Assembly: GCA_029856145.1 (NCBI GenBank)
Contig: JAHQWK010000019.1
Location: 1,927-65,926 of the forward strand
DNA: 64,000 nt
From: Promethearchaeia archaeon
GTDB taxonomy: Archaea; Asgardarchaeota; Lokiarchaeia; Sigyniarchaeales; SOKP01
Direction of reading: 5' to 3'
Made by a program: the position numbers and the translations under genes. The notes beneath the pieces were generated by a model that did no database searches, had not been told where the DNA came from, and was given only the letters and a program-made list of their open reading frames with translations. Shown here piece by piece: positions 31,707 through 40,499 of this stretch; position 1 is the first letter of the stretch; every line of letters starts with the position of its first letter.

Positions 31707-32495
31707 ATGAGCAATGAAATATACTTTGTTGGTATTGATGTTGGAACTAGCTATGTAAAATCAGTTCTTATCAATAATACAAAAGAAATTCTAAGTTCTT
31801 TTTTTAAACGTACTGGTACTTCCATTGAGAATTCCAGTAAAACTGCTTTTCAAAAAGTTATTTCAGATGGAACTCTATCCGAAACTACTATATCATCTAT
31901 TATGGCAACAGGATATGGAAAAAATAAAGTTTCCTTTGCTAATAATTATAAAACTGAAATAAGTTGTCATGCAAAAGGAGCATATCACTATTTTCCTAAA
32001 AAAATTACAGTTATTGATATAGGAGGCCAGGATACTAAAGTTATTAAACTTGATGAGAAAGGAAAAATAGTAAGGTTTAAAATGAATAGAAAGTGTGCTG
32101 CTGGAACAGGCGCATTTATAGAGGAGATAGCTTATCGTCTTGATATTCCCTTAAAAGACTTAAATAATTTGGCTGCTAAATCTACTTTAAATGTTCCTCT
32201 TGCTAGCTTTTGTACTGTTTTTGCGAAAACAGAAATTCTTACTCGTATTAAAGACGGAGAAAAAGTAGAAGATATGATAAAGAGTGCGTTTGGCTCTGTT
32301 ATAAAGAGAATAATTGAAATGACTGAGATTGAAGGTACAGTTGTTCTTACCGGTGGAGTGATAGCTCATAATAATATCGTGGGGGAAATCTTGAAAACAG
32401 AATTAAAAGCAGATATCTTAATTCCACCTCACCCACAATTTATAGGGGCAATAGGAGCAGCTCTATTTGCGTTGGAAACCTATAATCTAGAGTGA
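31707..32495 (+). CDS. ATP-dependent activase of 2-hydroxyacyl-CoA dehydratase (HgdC/FldI family)
   Basis: GIDVGT, TGYG, EISCHAKG, DIGGQD, MNRKCAAGTG, FCTVFA. Confidence 0.92.
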   Translation: MSNEIYFVGIDVGTSYVKSVLINNTKEILSSFFKRTGTSIENSSKTAFQKVISDGTLSETTISSIMATGYGKNKVSFANNYKTEISCHAKGAYHYFPKKITVIDIGGQDTKVIKLDEKGKIVRFKMNRKCAAGTGAFIEEIAYRLDIPLKDLNNLAAKSTLNVPLASFCTVFAKTEILTRIKDGEKVEDMIKSAFGSVIKRIIEMTEIEGTVVLTGGVIAHNNIVGEILKTELKADILIPPHPQFIGAIGAALFALETYNLE

Positions 32496-32544
32496 AAACG
32501 ATAAATTTTAAAAAAAAGAATAAATTAAGATAGATTTAACCTTT

Positions 32545-33063
32545 TTAACTTATTACTCTACCAAGTTCTTTTCTTGATTTCTTTGTATTCTCATTAGTAA
32601 TATAGAAACCGATAAAATAAGCGATTAGAGCTAGAAGGAAAAGACACAATGCTGATACGTAAAACCAGCGCCCTCTTTCTCCCAAAACCTCTATGATTAC
32701 CCATTTAAGTAACCAGGTCGCAACCCCACCTACGAGAACAAAAACAATATCGAAAAATGCATTGATAAAAGTATCCTTTCTATTTTCATATTTTAGTCCT
32801 AGTCTCCACAGAATTGTGTTTTCTATGATTTCCCATATAACACCTACGATAAGAACTAATAATAAGATGAAAAACCATGGTATAAGAGCTGGACCTATAA
32901 ATAGTTCCCATAAAGTTATAATTAATGAAAATAATGAAAATGCACCAATTCCAAAGGCAATATGACCCCAACTATAATAATCCCATGGAGAACGGCCCAC
33001 GTAATCTTCTAGAAGGCCTACAAAAGGTAAATAATGTTTATTTTCTGATTCTGTATCTGACAT
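32545..33063 (-). CDS. Integral membrane protein of unknown function (H..WE..EN..D motif)
   Basis: About 4 hydrophobic segments. WGH, WEIIEN, FFD. Confidence 0.7.
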   Translation of the reverse strand: MSDTESENKHYLPFVGLLEDYVGRSPWDYYSWGHIAFGIGAFSLFSLIITLWELFIGPALIPWFFILLLVLIVGVIWEIIENTILWRLGLKYENRKDTFINAFFDIVFVLVGGVATWLLKWVIIEVLGERGRWFYVSALCLFLLALIAYFIGFYITNENTKKSRKELGRVIS

Positions 33064-33665
33064 ATTTAATCCTTTTTTTTTGATATTTCAAATTAAAGTA
33101 TGAATAATAAAGAAATAAATAAATTTATAATTAATCCTACAAATGTTTCGGTTAATCCTATTATAAGTAAACTAATATTTTTTTTTAAGTAATTTATCTA
33201 TTTATAATATGATTTAAGAATCTATGAGGGATTTTTAATAAAAATTTGAAAGATTGTTGTGTAACCAATAGTGGAGTAAGTTATTAAATTATTTTGTCGG
33301 TAGCATTCTAAAATTTAAAACATAAACACTTTTGATTATTTAAAATGAACTTCATGCTTATTAAGAACTTAATAAAATGTAAAATTATTTTTATTAGAAT
33401 GAAGAGGAACAAAAATTTATAAAAAATTTCGGAATACCTTTTTCAAAAAAATCTGGTTAATGCGTTTTTTAGAGAAGCAAATTTTTTTTTTTCAATTAAA
33501 ATTATGAGCTCTTTTAACTTTTATTTCTAAAATAAGGATGTAATAAAGAAAGCTAATAAAATTAATCTCATAATGTTATCATACCAATTATATTTACAGA
33601 AAAATGGAACAGAACGTTCATAAAATTCACGAAACATTTATTAATATAGTTGACTAGATACATAA

Positions 33666-33763
33666 TAGAAAAAAATTAATTTTTTTTCTAGTAGTGGAAT
33701 GTTTAAGCCATATTTATTCCTCCACGAATAATAAAAATTCATTCCATTACTCTCTTTTTTTTT
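33666..33763 (+). ncRNA. Candidate small structured RNA (two hairpins and a U-tract)
   Basis: A/T inverted repeat 33666-33690. AGTAGTGGAATG (33690-33701) pairs with CATTCCATTACT (33740-33751). Inner TTATTC/GAATAA stem with CTCCAC loop. T9 tail and upstream TTTATTAATA TATA-like box. Confidence 0.35.
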
Positions 33764-33861
33764 ATAAATAATAAATTACTGAAAGTTTTAGTTTTGTAAA
33801 TTTAGTCTAATTGACAGTTAACTTAAATTTAAGAAAATTTTCTTTTAATTAACTATTTAAG

Positions 33862-34017
33862 TTAATCTACAGATTTACTTTTCATAAATTCTTTAATAAG
33901 TGTAGGTAGGACTTCATATAAATCACCCACGATTCCATAGTGAGCGATACTATAAATAGGGGCATTTGGATCTTTATTGATTGCTACAATAATTTCAGAA
34001 TTTTGCATCCCTACTAA
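33862..34017 (-). pseudogene. C-terminal relic of a second etfA
   Basis: [44 protein letters not shown] aligns by eye with the C-terminus of EtfA 2683-3876. Confidence 0.85.
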
Positions 34018-34018
34018 A

Positions 34019-35176
34019 TTATTGAATTCCTTTTCGTAATAGGTGATTAGCTATTACTAATCTTTGGATTTCTGAGGTTCCCTCATATATCTCCCCCATC
34101 TTAGCATCGCGAAAATATCTTTCAACAGGATAAGCTTTCATTAGCCCATATCCACCATGTATTTGAACTGCATCATGTGCCGCTTGCATTGCTGCTTCAG
34201 ATGCAACTAACTTTTCCATCGAACTTGTATATCCATATTCTTTTCCTTGATCACACAAATATGCAGCCTTATAAGTTAACAAACGGCCAGATTCAATAGC
34301 ACATGCCATATTGGATATCATCCACTGGATTCCTTGAAACCTTCCTATTGGTTGTCCAAATTGAACTCTTTCATTTGCATATTTAATAGAAGCTTCTAAT
34401 GCCGCCTGACCTAATCCTACACATTGAGCTGCTATGGAAATTCTCCCAAAATCCAATGTCTGCATAGCCAATTTAAATCCATCTCCTTGTTTTCCCAAAA
34501 TATTATCCTCTGGGACACGAACATCTTGAAAAACAAGCTCTGAAGTATTTGAACCTCGAACTCCCAATTTATCCTCTTTTACACCAACAGAATAACCATG
34601 TGTATCAGTGTCAACAATAAAAATAGTTAATTCTTTTCGAGAACCTTTTTCTCCTGTTGCAGCAACTACTAATAAAGTTTCTGCTATACCCCCATTTGTA
34701 GCAAAAATTTTACTACCATTTAAAATCCATTCATCACCATCTTTCTCAGCTTTTAATTGCACTCCTGCAGCATCAGAACCCGCATTTGCTTCAGTTAAAC
34801 AGAAAGCACCAATTTTATTACCTTTTGCAAGGTCAATTAGAAATTGTTGTTTTTGATCTTCTGTACCAAACCTATAAAGGGGTTTTGCGACAACAGAACA
34901 ATGAACTCCCGTTGTAACCGACCATGATGCATCCACTCGTCCAATTTCTTCAGTAACAACACAAAAACTTACTGTATCATTATGAAGTCCTGCTCCACCA
35001 TATTCTTCTGGAATACAAGTCCCAAAGTAATTCATTTCTTTCATCTTTTCCATTACTGTCTCGTCTAATTTTTGAATATCATCGCTTTCTTGTGCGACCG
35101 GAGCAATATATTTCTCAGCAAATTCTCGTGTAACTTCTTTTAGTAGCTTTTGCTCATCATTTAAGGCAAAATCCAT
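34019..35176 (-). CDS. Short-chain acyl-CoA dehydrogenase (butyryl-CoA dehydrogenase-like)
   Basis: [49 protein letters not shown]. Confidence 0.93.
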   Translation of the reverse strand: MDFALNDEQKLLKEVTREFAEKYIAPVAQESDDIQKLDETVMEKMKEMNYFGTCIPEEYGGAGLHNDTVSFCVVTEEIGRVDASWSVTTGVHCSVVAKPLYRFGTEDQKQQFLIDLAKGNKIGAFCLTEANAGSDAAGVQLKAEKDGDEWILNGSKIFATNGGIAETLLVVAATGEKGSRKELTIFIVDTDTHGYSVGVKEDKLGVRGSNTSELVFQDVRVPEDNILGKQGDGFKLAMQTLDFGRISIAAQCVGLGQAALEASIKYANERVQFGQPIGRFQGIQWMISNMACAIESGRLLTYKAAYLCDQGKEYGYTSSMEKLVASEAAMQAAHDAVQIHGGYGLMKAYPVERYFRDAKMGEIYEGTSEIQRLVIANHLLRKGIQ

Positions 35177-35500
35177 AATAAATCAACAAATTCTTTACTC
35201 TTTTATTAAAATCTTACTAATGAAATATTCTATTTTAAAAAACTAGTTAATAATCATAATTATATTTTATTAAATTTTTAACGCAGTAAGAAAAAGGATA
35301 ATAGACAGTCAATATTTGCCTTTTAAAAAAAGCATCTTTTATACACAATTTTTATATAGTTTCGAGATCAAATTTTATATTAAATTAGTTAATTAAATAA
35401 ATAAGTTTTTAAGCAAAATTAAAAACAAAAAAAATATTGTTCATTCTAGTTTTTAAAATTGTTTAATTACAAATTATAATATAAAAGGAAAGAAATTTCA

Positions 35501-36766
35501 ATGGAAGTTGAACAAGTTTTTTTAAAACTCTTTGGGAGAAATCTCATAAGTTATAAAAAGCTTGAAAATGGTCAAGTTGCAGGTTCAGGGATTCTCAATC
35601 CAATTCTTGATAGGTTAAGTATTTACCGACTAATTTTCATGATTCTCTTACAAGCTAATTTTTATAAAAATATGGAAGTTGGAAGATGGAAAGGAAAAAT
35701 AGTTTCAAATACTTTTGCTCCGCCAGTCGGAAGTCGACCTATGTTACGTGCTTTAAAGGGTTTAATAAGATCCCAATTATTGCCGTATCCATTCCCAATT
35801 GCAATGACTTTTGCGATAACTTATAATTGTCAATGCAAATGTGTTCATTGTAGTGCTGGGAGGCATCTTAGAAAAGATAGAAAAGAATTATCTACAGAAG
35901 AGGCAAAAAAGTTAATAGACGATGCTCAAAAACTAGGAGTAACTATTATTGCCTTCACTGGAGGGGAACCCTTACTACGAGAAGATCTTTTCGAGCTTAT
36001 TTCTCATGTAGATAAGAGAAAAGCAATGCCTGTTATGTTTACAAATGGTCAATTTCTTACTGATGAAAATGTTGACAAACTGGCTGAGGCGGGGCTTTAT
36101 TCGATATTCTTGAGTATAGATTCACCTGATGCTGAAGAACATAACAACTTAAGAGGAATGCCAGGTCTTTTTGAGACTGCTATAGAAGGAATTAAGAGAG
36201 TTCAATCAAAAGGGATCTTTGCAGGATTTTCCGGTTATGCAACTCGTTCTGGAACAGAAAAAGGAACATACAAGAAACTACATAAATTAGCTATAGATCT
36301 TGGTCTAAAAAATATAATTTATTTCGATTGTGTACCTACCGGAAATATGTTGCATGATACGAGTGAAATGTTGACATTTGATTTACGAGAAGAACTTCAT
36401 AATTATTCTGCTGAGGTTTTTAGGAAAAAGATTATACCTCCTCTGTCATCTCAATCGTGGCAGAATTCTGTGGAAGCCTACCTCTCAGGAATAGGATGTC
36501 TTGCCGCAAATATTCAATTATATGCTTCTGCTTATGGAGATATTGCTCCCTGCGATTTCACACCTCTCTCGTTTGGAAATGTCCGAAAGGAATCCTTAAA
36601 GAAGATTTGGATGCGGATGGTAAAACATCCTGCTTATAATCATCGAAGTCCTTTCTGTAGAATGCAAAATAAAGAATTTAGGCATTTCTACATTGATCCT
36701 ATCCCTAATGATGCTTATTTACCCTATAAAATAAGCAAACTTCCCAGGGTTGATTATAGAAAATAA
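35501..36766 (+). CDS. Radical SAM/SPASM-like protein
   Basis: CQCKCVHC, TGGEP, GCLAA..GDIAPCDF..GNV. Confidence 0.9.
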   Translation: MEVEQVFLKLFGRNLISYKKLENGQVAGSGILNPILDRLSIYRLIFMILLQANFYKNMEVGRWKGKIVSNTFAPPVGSRPMLRALKGLIRSQLLPYPFPIAMTFAITYNCQCKCVHCSAGRHLRKDRKELSTEEAKKLIDDAQKLGVTIIAFTGGEPLLREDLFELISHVDKRKAMPVMFTNGQFLTDENVDKLAEAGLYSIFLSIDSPDAEEHNNLRGMPGLFETAIEGIKRVQSKGIFAGFSGYATRSGTEKGTYKKLHKLAIDLGLKNIIYFDCVPTGNMLHDTSEMLTFDLREELHNYSAEVFRKKIIPPLSSQSWQNSVEAYLSGIGCLAANIQLYASAYGDIAPCDFTPLSFGNVRKESLKKIWMRMVKHPAYNHRSPFCRMQNKEFRHFYIDPIPNDAYLPYKISKLPRVDYRK

Positions 36767-36890
36767 AATAAATCAAATCTTCCTTTCCTTTATCTTCTTA
36801 TTTTAATTTTATTTTTTTATAGTTTTCTTGAAACTTTAGTCTTTATTATTAGCAAATAAAATTAAATCTATTACAATCATTACTTGATGT

Positions 36891-37700
36891 ATGAGTGTTG
36901 ATAACCAACATTTTGAAATTTCAAAACAAAAGGAATATTTGTATGTAATAAAAGAAAACATCTCGTTGGTTCATCCTGCTTATACAAATGATCCTCTTAA
37001 TATGTATTTACTTTTAGGATCTCATACGGCTCTTTTACTTGATACGGGATGTGGGCTTTCCCCTCTAAAACCAATAGTAGATCATGTGATAGGGGAAAGA
37101 AAACTCATAGTCTTCAATACTCATTATCATTGGGATCATCCTTTGGGTAATGTAGAATTTGGAGAGGTTTACATTCATGAAAATGAAGTTGATAATGTTT
37201 CAAAACCTTATGATGTTTCATTTTTAAAAGACTCTCCCAACGAGATTGTAAAGATATATGCAAAACAAAATTTTCAAATCCCTCCAGCAAAAACAATTAA
37301 AACTTTAAAAGATGGAGATGTTTTTGATTTAGGTGAAATAGAGATAAAAATCATTCACTGTCCAGGACATTCTCCTGGTTCAATTTGCTTATTGACATCC
37401 ACAGGTGAACTTTTTACAACTGATGTAGCTTATTATGGAGATCAATTCTTGCCTAAAAAAGAAAATTTTCCTGAGGTTCTTAATACTCTTTCTAAATTGA
37501 TAACTTTAAGTGAAAAACAAAAAAATCTTGAACTTTATCCTTCGCATAGAAATTATCCATGTGATAAGACACTATTAACAGATCTTTACAAGGGAATTGA
37601 AAATCTAGAGAATCTATGGGATACTAAGATAATGTTTGATTTTTTTGAGATGTGGCAGATCGATGATGATAAATTTAGATACTATATATCTCAAACATAA
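36891..37700 (+). CDS. Metallo-beta-lactamase-fold hydrolase
   Basis: LDTG, THYHWDH, PGHSPG, PSH. Confidence 0.9.
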   Translation: MSVDNQHFEISKQKEYLYVIKENISLVHPAYTNDPLNMYLLLGSHTALLLDTGCGLSPLKPIVDHVIGERKLIVFNTHYHWDHPLGNVEFGEVYIHENEVDNVSKPYDVSFLKDSPNEIVKIYAKQNFQIPPAKTIKTLKDGDVFDLGEIEIKIIHCPGHSPGSICLLTSTGELFTTDVAYYGDQFLPKKENFPEVLNTLSKLITLSEKQKNLELYPSHRNYPCDKTLLTDLYKGIENLENLWDTKIMFDFFEMWQIDDDKFRYYISQT

Positions 37701-37783
37701 GGATATTTCAACATCAAACTTTTATATTCTTTTACTGAATAAAAACTTTAAAACTGTCATTGAGTATTTTATAATAATTAGAG

Positions 37784-38092
37784 GCGACAAGTGCTGAATA
37801 ATCTATTGGAATTTCAAATAAATCAGAATACGGTCTTCAAGGAATGATATTTACAGAAGATATTGATCTTGAATTCAATATAGCTCAGGAAGTAGAGGTT
37901 GGAACAGATCAAATTAACAGGAAGAGTGCTCGTGGACCAGATCATTTTCCTTTTTTAGGGACAAAATCATCTGATTTGGGTACCCAAGGTAAAAAATATT
38001 CTATTGAAGCTATGAGCCGCCCTAAAATCGTTATTATAAATTTATCTGAAAGGGGAAAATTAGTAAAACAGTGTTTTGCTCCAGAGAAATAA
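37784..38092 (+). pseudogene. C-terminal relic of a GAPN-like aldehyde dehydrogenase
   Basis: ATSAE*SIGISNKSEYGLQGMIFT..RGPDHFPFLGTKSS.LG.QG with in-frame TAA at 37799. No N-terminal domains. Confidence 0.8.
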
Positions 38093-38186
38093 ATTTCAAA
38101 TGTAATAGGAATTAGGTCTGTTATATCTTCCTGCTAAACTAATTTTCGAATATCAAACTTAATTTCAATAGTATTTCTCCACATAT

Positions 38187-38265
38187 TACAAAATTGTAGT
38201 CCAATTAAATTTATATATGATCAAATTTTAATCATTAAACAAGAAATCTAATTTACAAATTTGTA
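38187..38265. promoter_or_regulatory. Paired palindromic sites TACAAAATTGTA / TACAAATTTGTA flanking a TATA-like box
   Basis: Sites at 38187-38198 and 38254-38265 with TTTATATA between them, just upstream of the Gly-rich gene. Confidence 0.45.
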
Positions 38266-38278
38266 GTTTTGATTAAAA

Positions 38279-40024
38279 ATGAGATTAAAAAAATATTTAA
38301 TTTCAGGTATAATTGCTGTAGGTCTAGTTACAGGAACGATATTTTTAGCTGTATTTTATCTTTTTCCACCACCTCCTCAACAAGAAGAACCTAAGGAATT
38401 ATTTAACTTTGATTTGTCTATTACATCACATGAAAATGATTCAGTAGTAAAATCTTGTGCAGTCGTTTTAAGAGGAAATACCTCTGGATCGCCAGATATT
38501 AATGAAATTGTTGTGAATGGTAAAAATGCTATTAGCTTGGAATCTAATTTTAAAAAGTGGGGAGTAATTTTGAATTTAATACATGGTTCAAATCAAATTC
38601 TAATAGATATCATATATAATATAACATATAAAATTGAAAATGCCTCAGACTTCTGTATTAACGCTGACACAAATCCTTTTCCAAAAGATTTAGATCGTCC
38701 TGATTCGAGTTATCAAGATATGAACAACGATGGAATTGATGGTATGTGTGATAATGCAATTTTTGTATCTAAAGGTGGATCCGATCTAAATTCAGGTGAT
38801 ATAGCTCATCCCATGTTAACAATTATTGCAGGAGTCGCTAAAGCAAATGAAAGTGGAAAAAAAGATGTATACATTTCAGAGGGAACTTACAATGGAAGTG
38901 TCGTAATGGTAGATGGAATTAGTATATATGGAGGGTATAGAGAATCAGATTTATGGTCAAGGGATGTATCAACCTATCCAATAATAAATTCAACAAAGGA
39001 AGTAGATAATCATATTATTGGAGTCAAAGCTCATAATATTCATTCACCAACATATTTGGATACTATGGAAATAATTACTGGAAATTCTACTAGTGGTACT
39101 TCTTGTGGGATCTGGTGCTATAATATCTCTGATTTTATGCTTAGCATAAATAATTGTATCATTCATTCAGGAAATGGTGGAGATGGTGTTAATGGCCCTA
39201 ATGGAGTTAATGGTGCGTCAGGTAGCGCTGGAAGCGCTGGGGTAGGAGTAAATGGTGGGTCAGGAGGCTCTGGAGTTTATAATGGCGGTTCTGGCGGAGC
39301 AGGGGGTATATTCGTGTTAATTCCTTTACCAGGAAACCCTGGACTCGGTGGGGCGGGACCAAGCGGTGGTTCTGGGGGTATTCTTGGCCCTCCTCTCCTT
39401 CCAGGGCTTGCTGGAGGTAATGGTGGTAATGGTGGAAATGGTGGTCATGGTGCTGTTGGAGATGGAAATGGTACGATTGTAAATAATTTTTGGTATGGAA
39501 ATGATGGACATAATGGTGGAAATGGTGGTCATGGAAGTGGTGGCGGCGGAGGCGGAGGCGGAGGCTCTGGTCTAATTTTGCCTTCTTGGGGCGGTGGCGG
39601 CGGAGGTGGAGGCGGTGGTGGCCAACTTGGAATTGGAGGTATCGGAGGTACTAGCGGCGGTGGTTCAATTGGTATTTTGCTCGTCGAGGCTAATATCACC
39701 AGTACTTATAATACGATCTTTACTGGTAACGGTGGTGCTGGTGGTGCTGGTGGTAGTGGTGGTATAGGAGGTTCTGGTGGTTCTGGTGGTGCTGGGGGAA
39801 TACCACTTCTAGGAGGTCTAGGAGGAAAAGGTGGTAATGGAGGAAAAGGTGGTGATGGTGGCGCAGGAGGCGGAGGAGCTGGGGGTGTATCTTACGGTAT
39901 ATATTGTTATAACTCAAATTCCGTAATAATCGGTAATTTGTATACCATAGGTTCTGGAGGCTCAGGTGGTTCAAGCACTGGCAATAATGGAGTACAAGGA
40001 GAATCAGGAGACGTTTACATTTAA
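38279..40024 (+). CDS. Membrane-anchored surface protein: N-terminal TM, Ig-like domain, D.N.DGIDG motif, DUF1565-like beta-helix start, PGRS-like Gly-rich repeats
   Basis: Hydrophobic N-terminus followed by PPPP. QDMNNDGIDG, IFVS..G.D.N.G, ISEGTY, IYGGY. Long GGxGGxG tracts. Confidence 0.75.
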   Translation: MRLKKYLISGIIAVGLVTGTIFLAVFYLFPPPPQQEEPKELFNFDLSITSHENDSVVKSCAVVLRGNTSGSPDINEIVVNGKNAISLESNFKKWGVILNLIHGSNQILIDIIYNITYKIENASDFCINADTNPFPKDLDRPDSSYQDMNNDGIDGMCDNAIFVSKGGSDLNSGDIAHPMLTIIAGVAKANESGKKDVYISEGTYNGSVVMVDGISIYGGYRESDLWSRDVSTYPIINSTKEVDNHIIGVKAHNIHSPTYLDTMEIITGNSTSGTSCGIWCYNISDFMLSINNCIIHSGNGGDGVNGPNGVNGASGSAGSAGVGVNGGSGGSGVYNGGSGGAGGIFVLIPLPGNPGLGGAGPSGGSGGILGPPLLPGLAGGNGGNGGNGGHGAVGDGNGTIVNNFWYGNDGHNGGNGGHGSGGGGGGGGGSGLILPSWGGGGGGGGGGGQLGIGGIGGTSGGGSIGILLVEANITSTYNTIFTGNGGAGGAGGSGGIGGSGGSGGAGGIPLLGGLGGKGGNGGKGGDGGAGGGGAGGVSYGIYCYNSNSVIIGNLYTIGSGGSGGSSTGNNGVQGESGDVYI

Positions 40025-40159
40025 GAAATAGAATTTTTAAGAAATTTTAACAAATTTTTTTTTTATTATTATTCAATATTTAGTAGGTGAAACATATAAA
40101 GTTCTTTTTGGTACATTAGTACGAAATTGTGTTAAAAAAACTTAAGAAAATAATTATTA

Positions 40160-40365
40160 ATTTCAATATTAAAAAATCTTCTAAGAAAAATTGTTGAGGG
40201 TTTGGTAGACAATCACATATATATCTATATAAAAAATTAGGTAAAGAATTTGCTGGGAAAATTAATTCTATAATGGATTCGGATACAATCATTTTAGAAG
40301 ATAAAAATGAGAACCTTTCTTCAATACCCCTTTCAGAAATAAGTGTAATCACTGAAAGAAGATAA
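40160..40365 (+). pseudogene. Small Sm/LSm-like-fold ORF split by a -1 frameshift
   Basis: ISILKNLLRKIVEGLVDNHIYIYIK then, in the -1 frame, LGKEFAGKINSIMDSDTIILEDKNENLSSIPLSEISVITERR*. Junction at A6 run 40231-40236. Confidence 0.45.
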
Positions 40366-40499
40366 AGTATCTCAGTTTTTATAAAGAAACCAATGAGTTA
40401 AGATAGATTTGTTTAGGTAAACAGCAAGAAAATGATAGACTTAATAAATTTTTATAACTATTTAAAAATTATTTTTAATAAATAAAACTACAAGATAAT

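Noticed and set aside
33690-33751. SECIS element / selenoprotein recoding
   Set aside because: No tandem GA/GA core in the right geometry, and no gene in the window needs an in-frame TGA at a Cys position.
39170-39990. CRISPR array or non-coding tandem repeat
   Set aside because: The GGN-rich repeats are Gly codons within a single ORF, with no constant repeat-spacer periodicity.
40116-40352. 78-aa minus-strand ORF from the track
   Set aside because: No recognisable features. The plus strand carries the more protein-like (frameshifted) reading.
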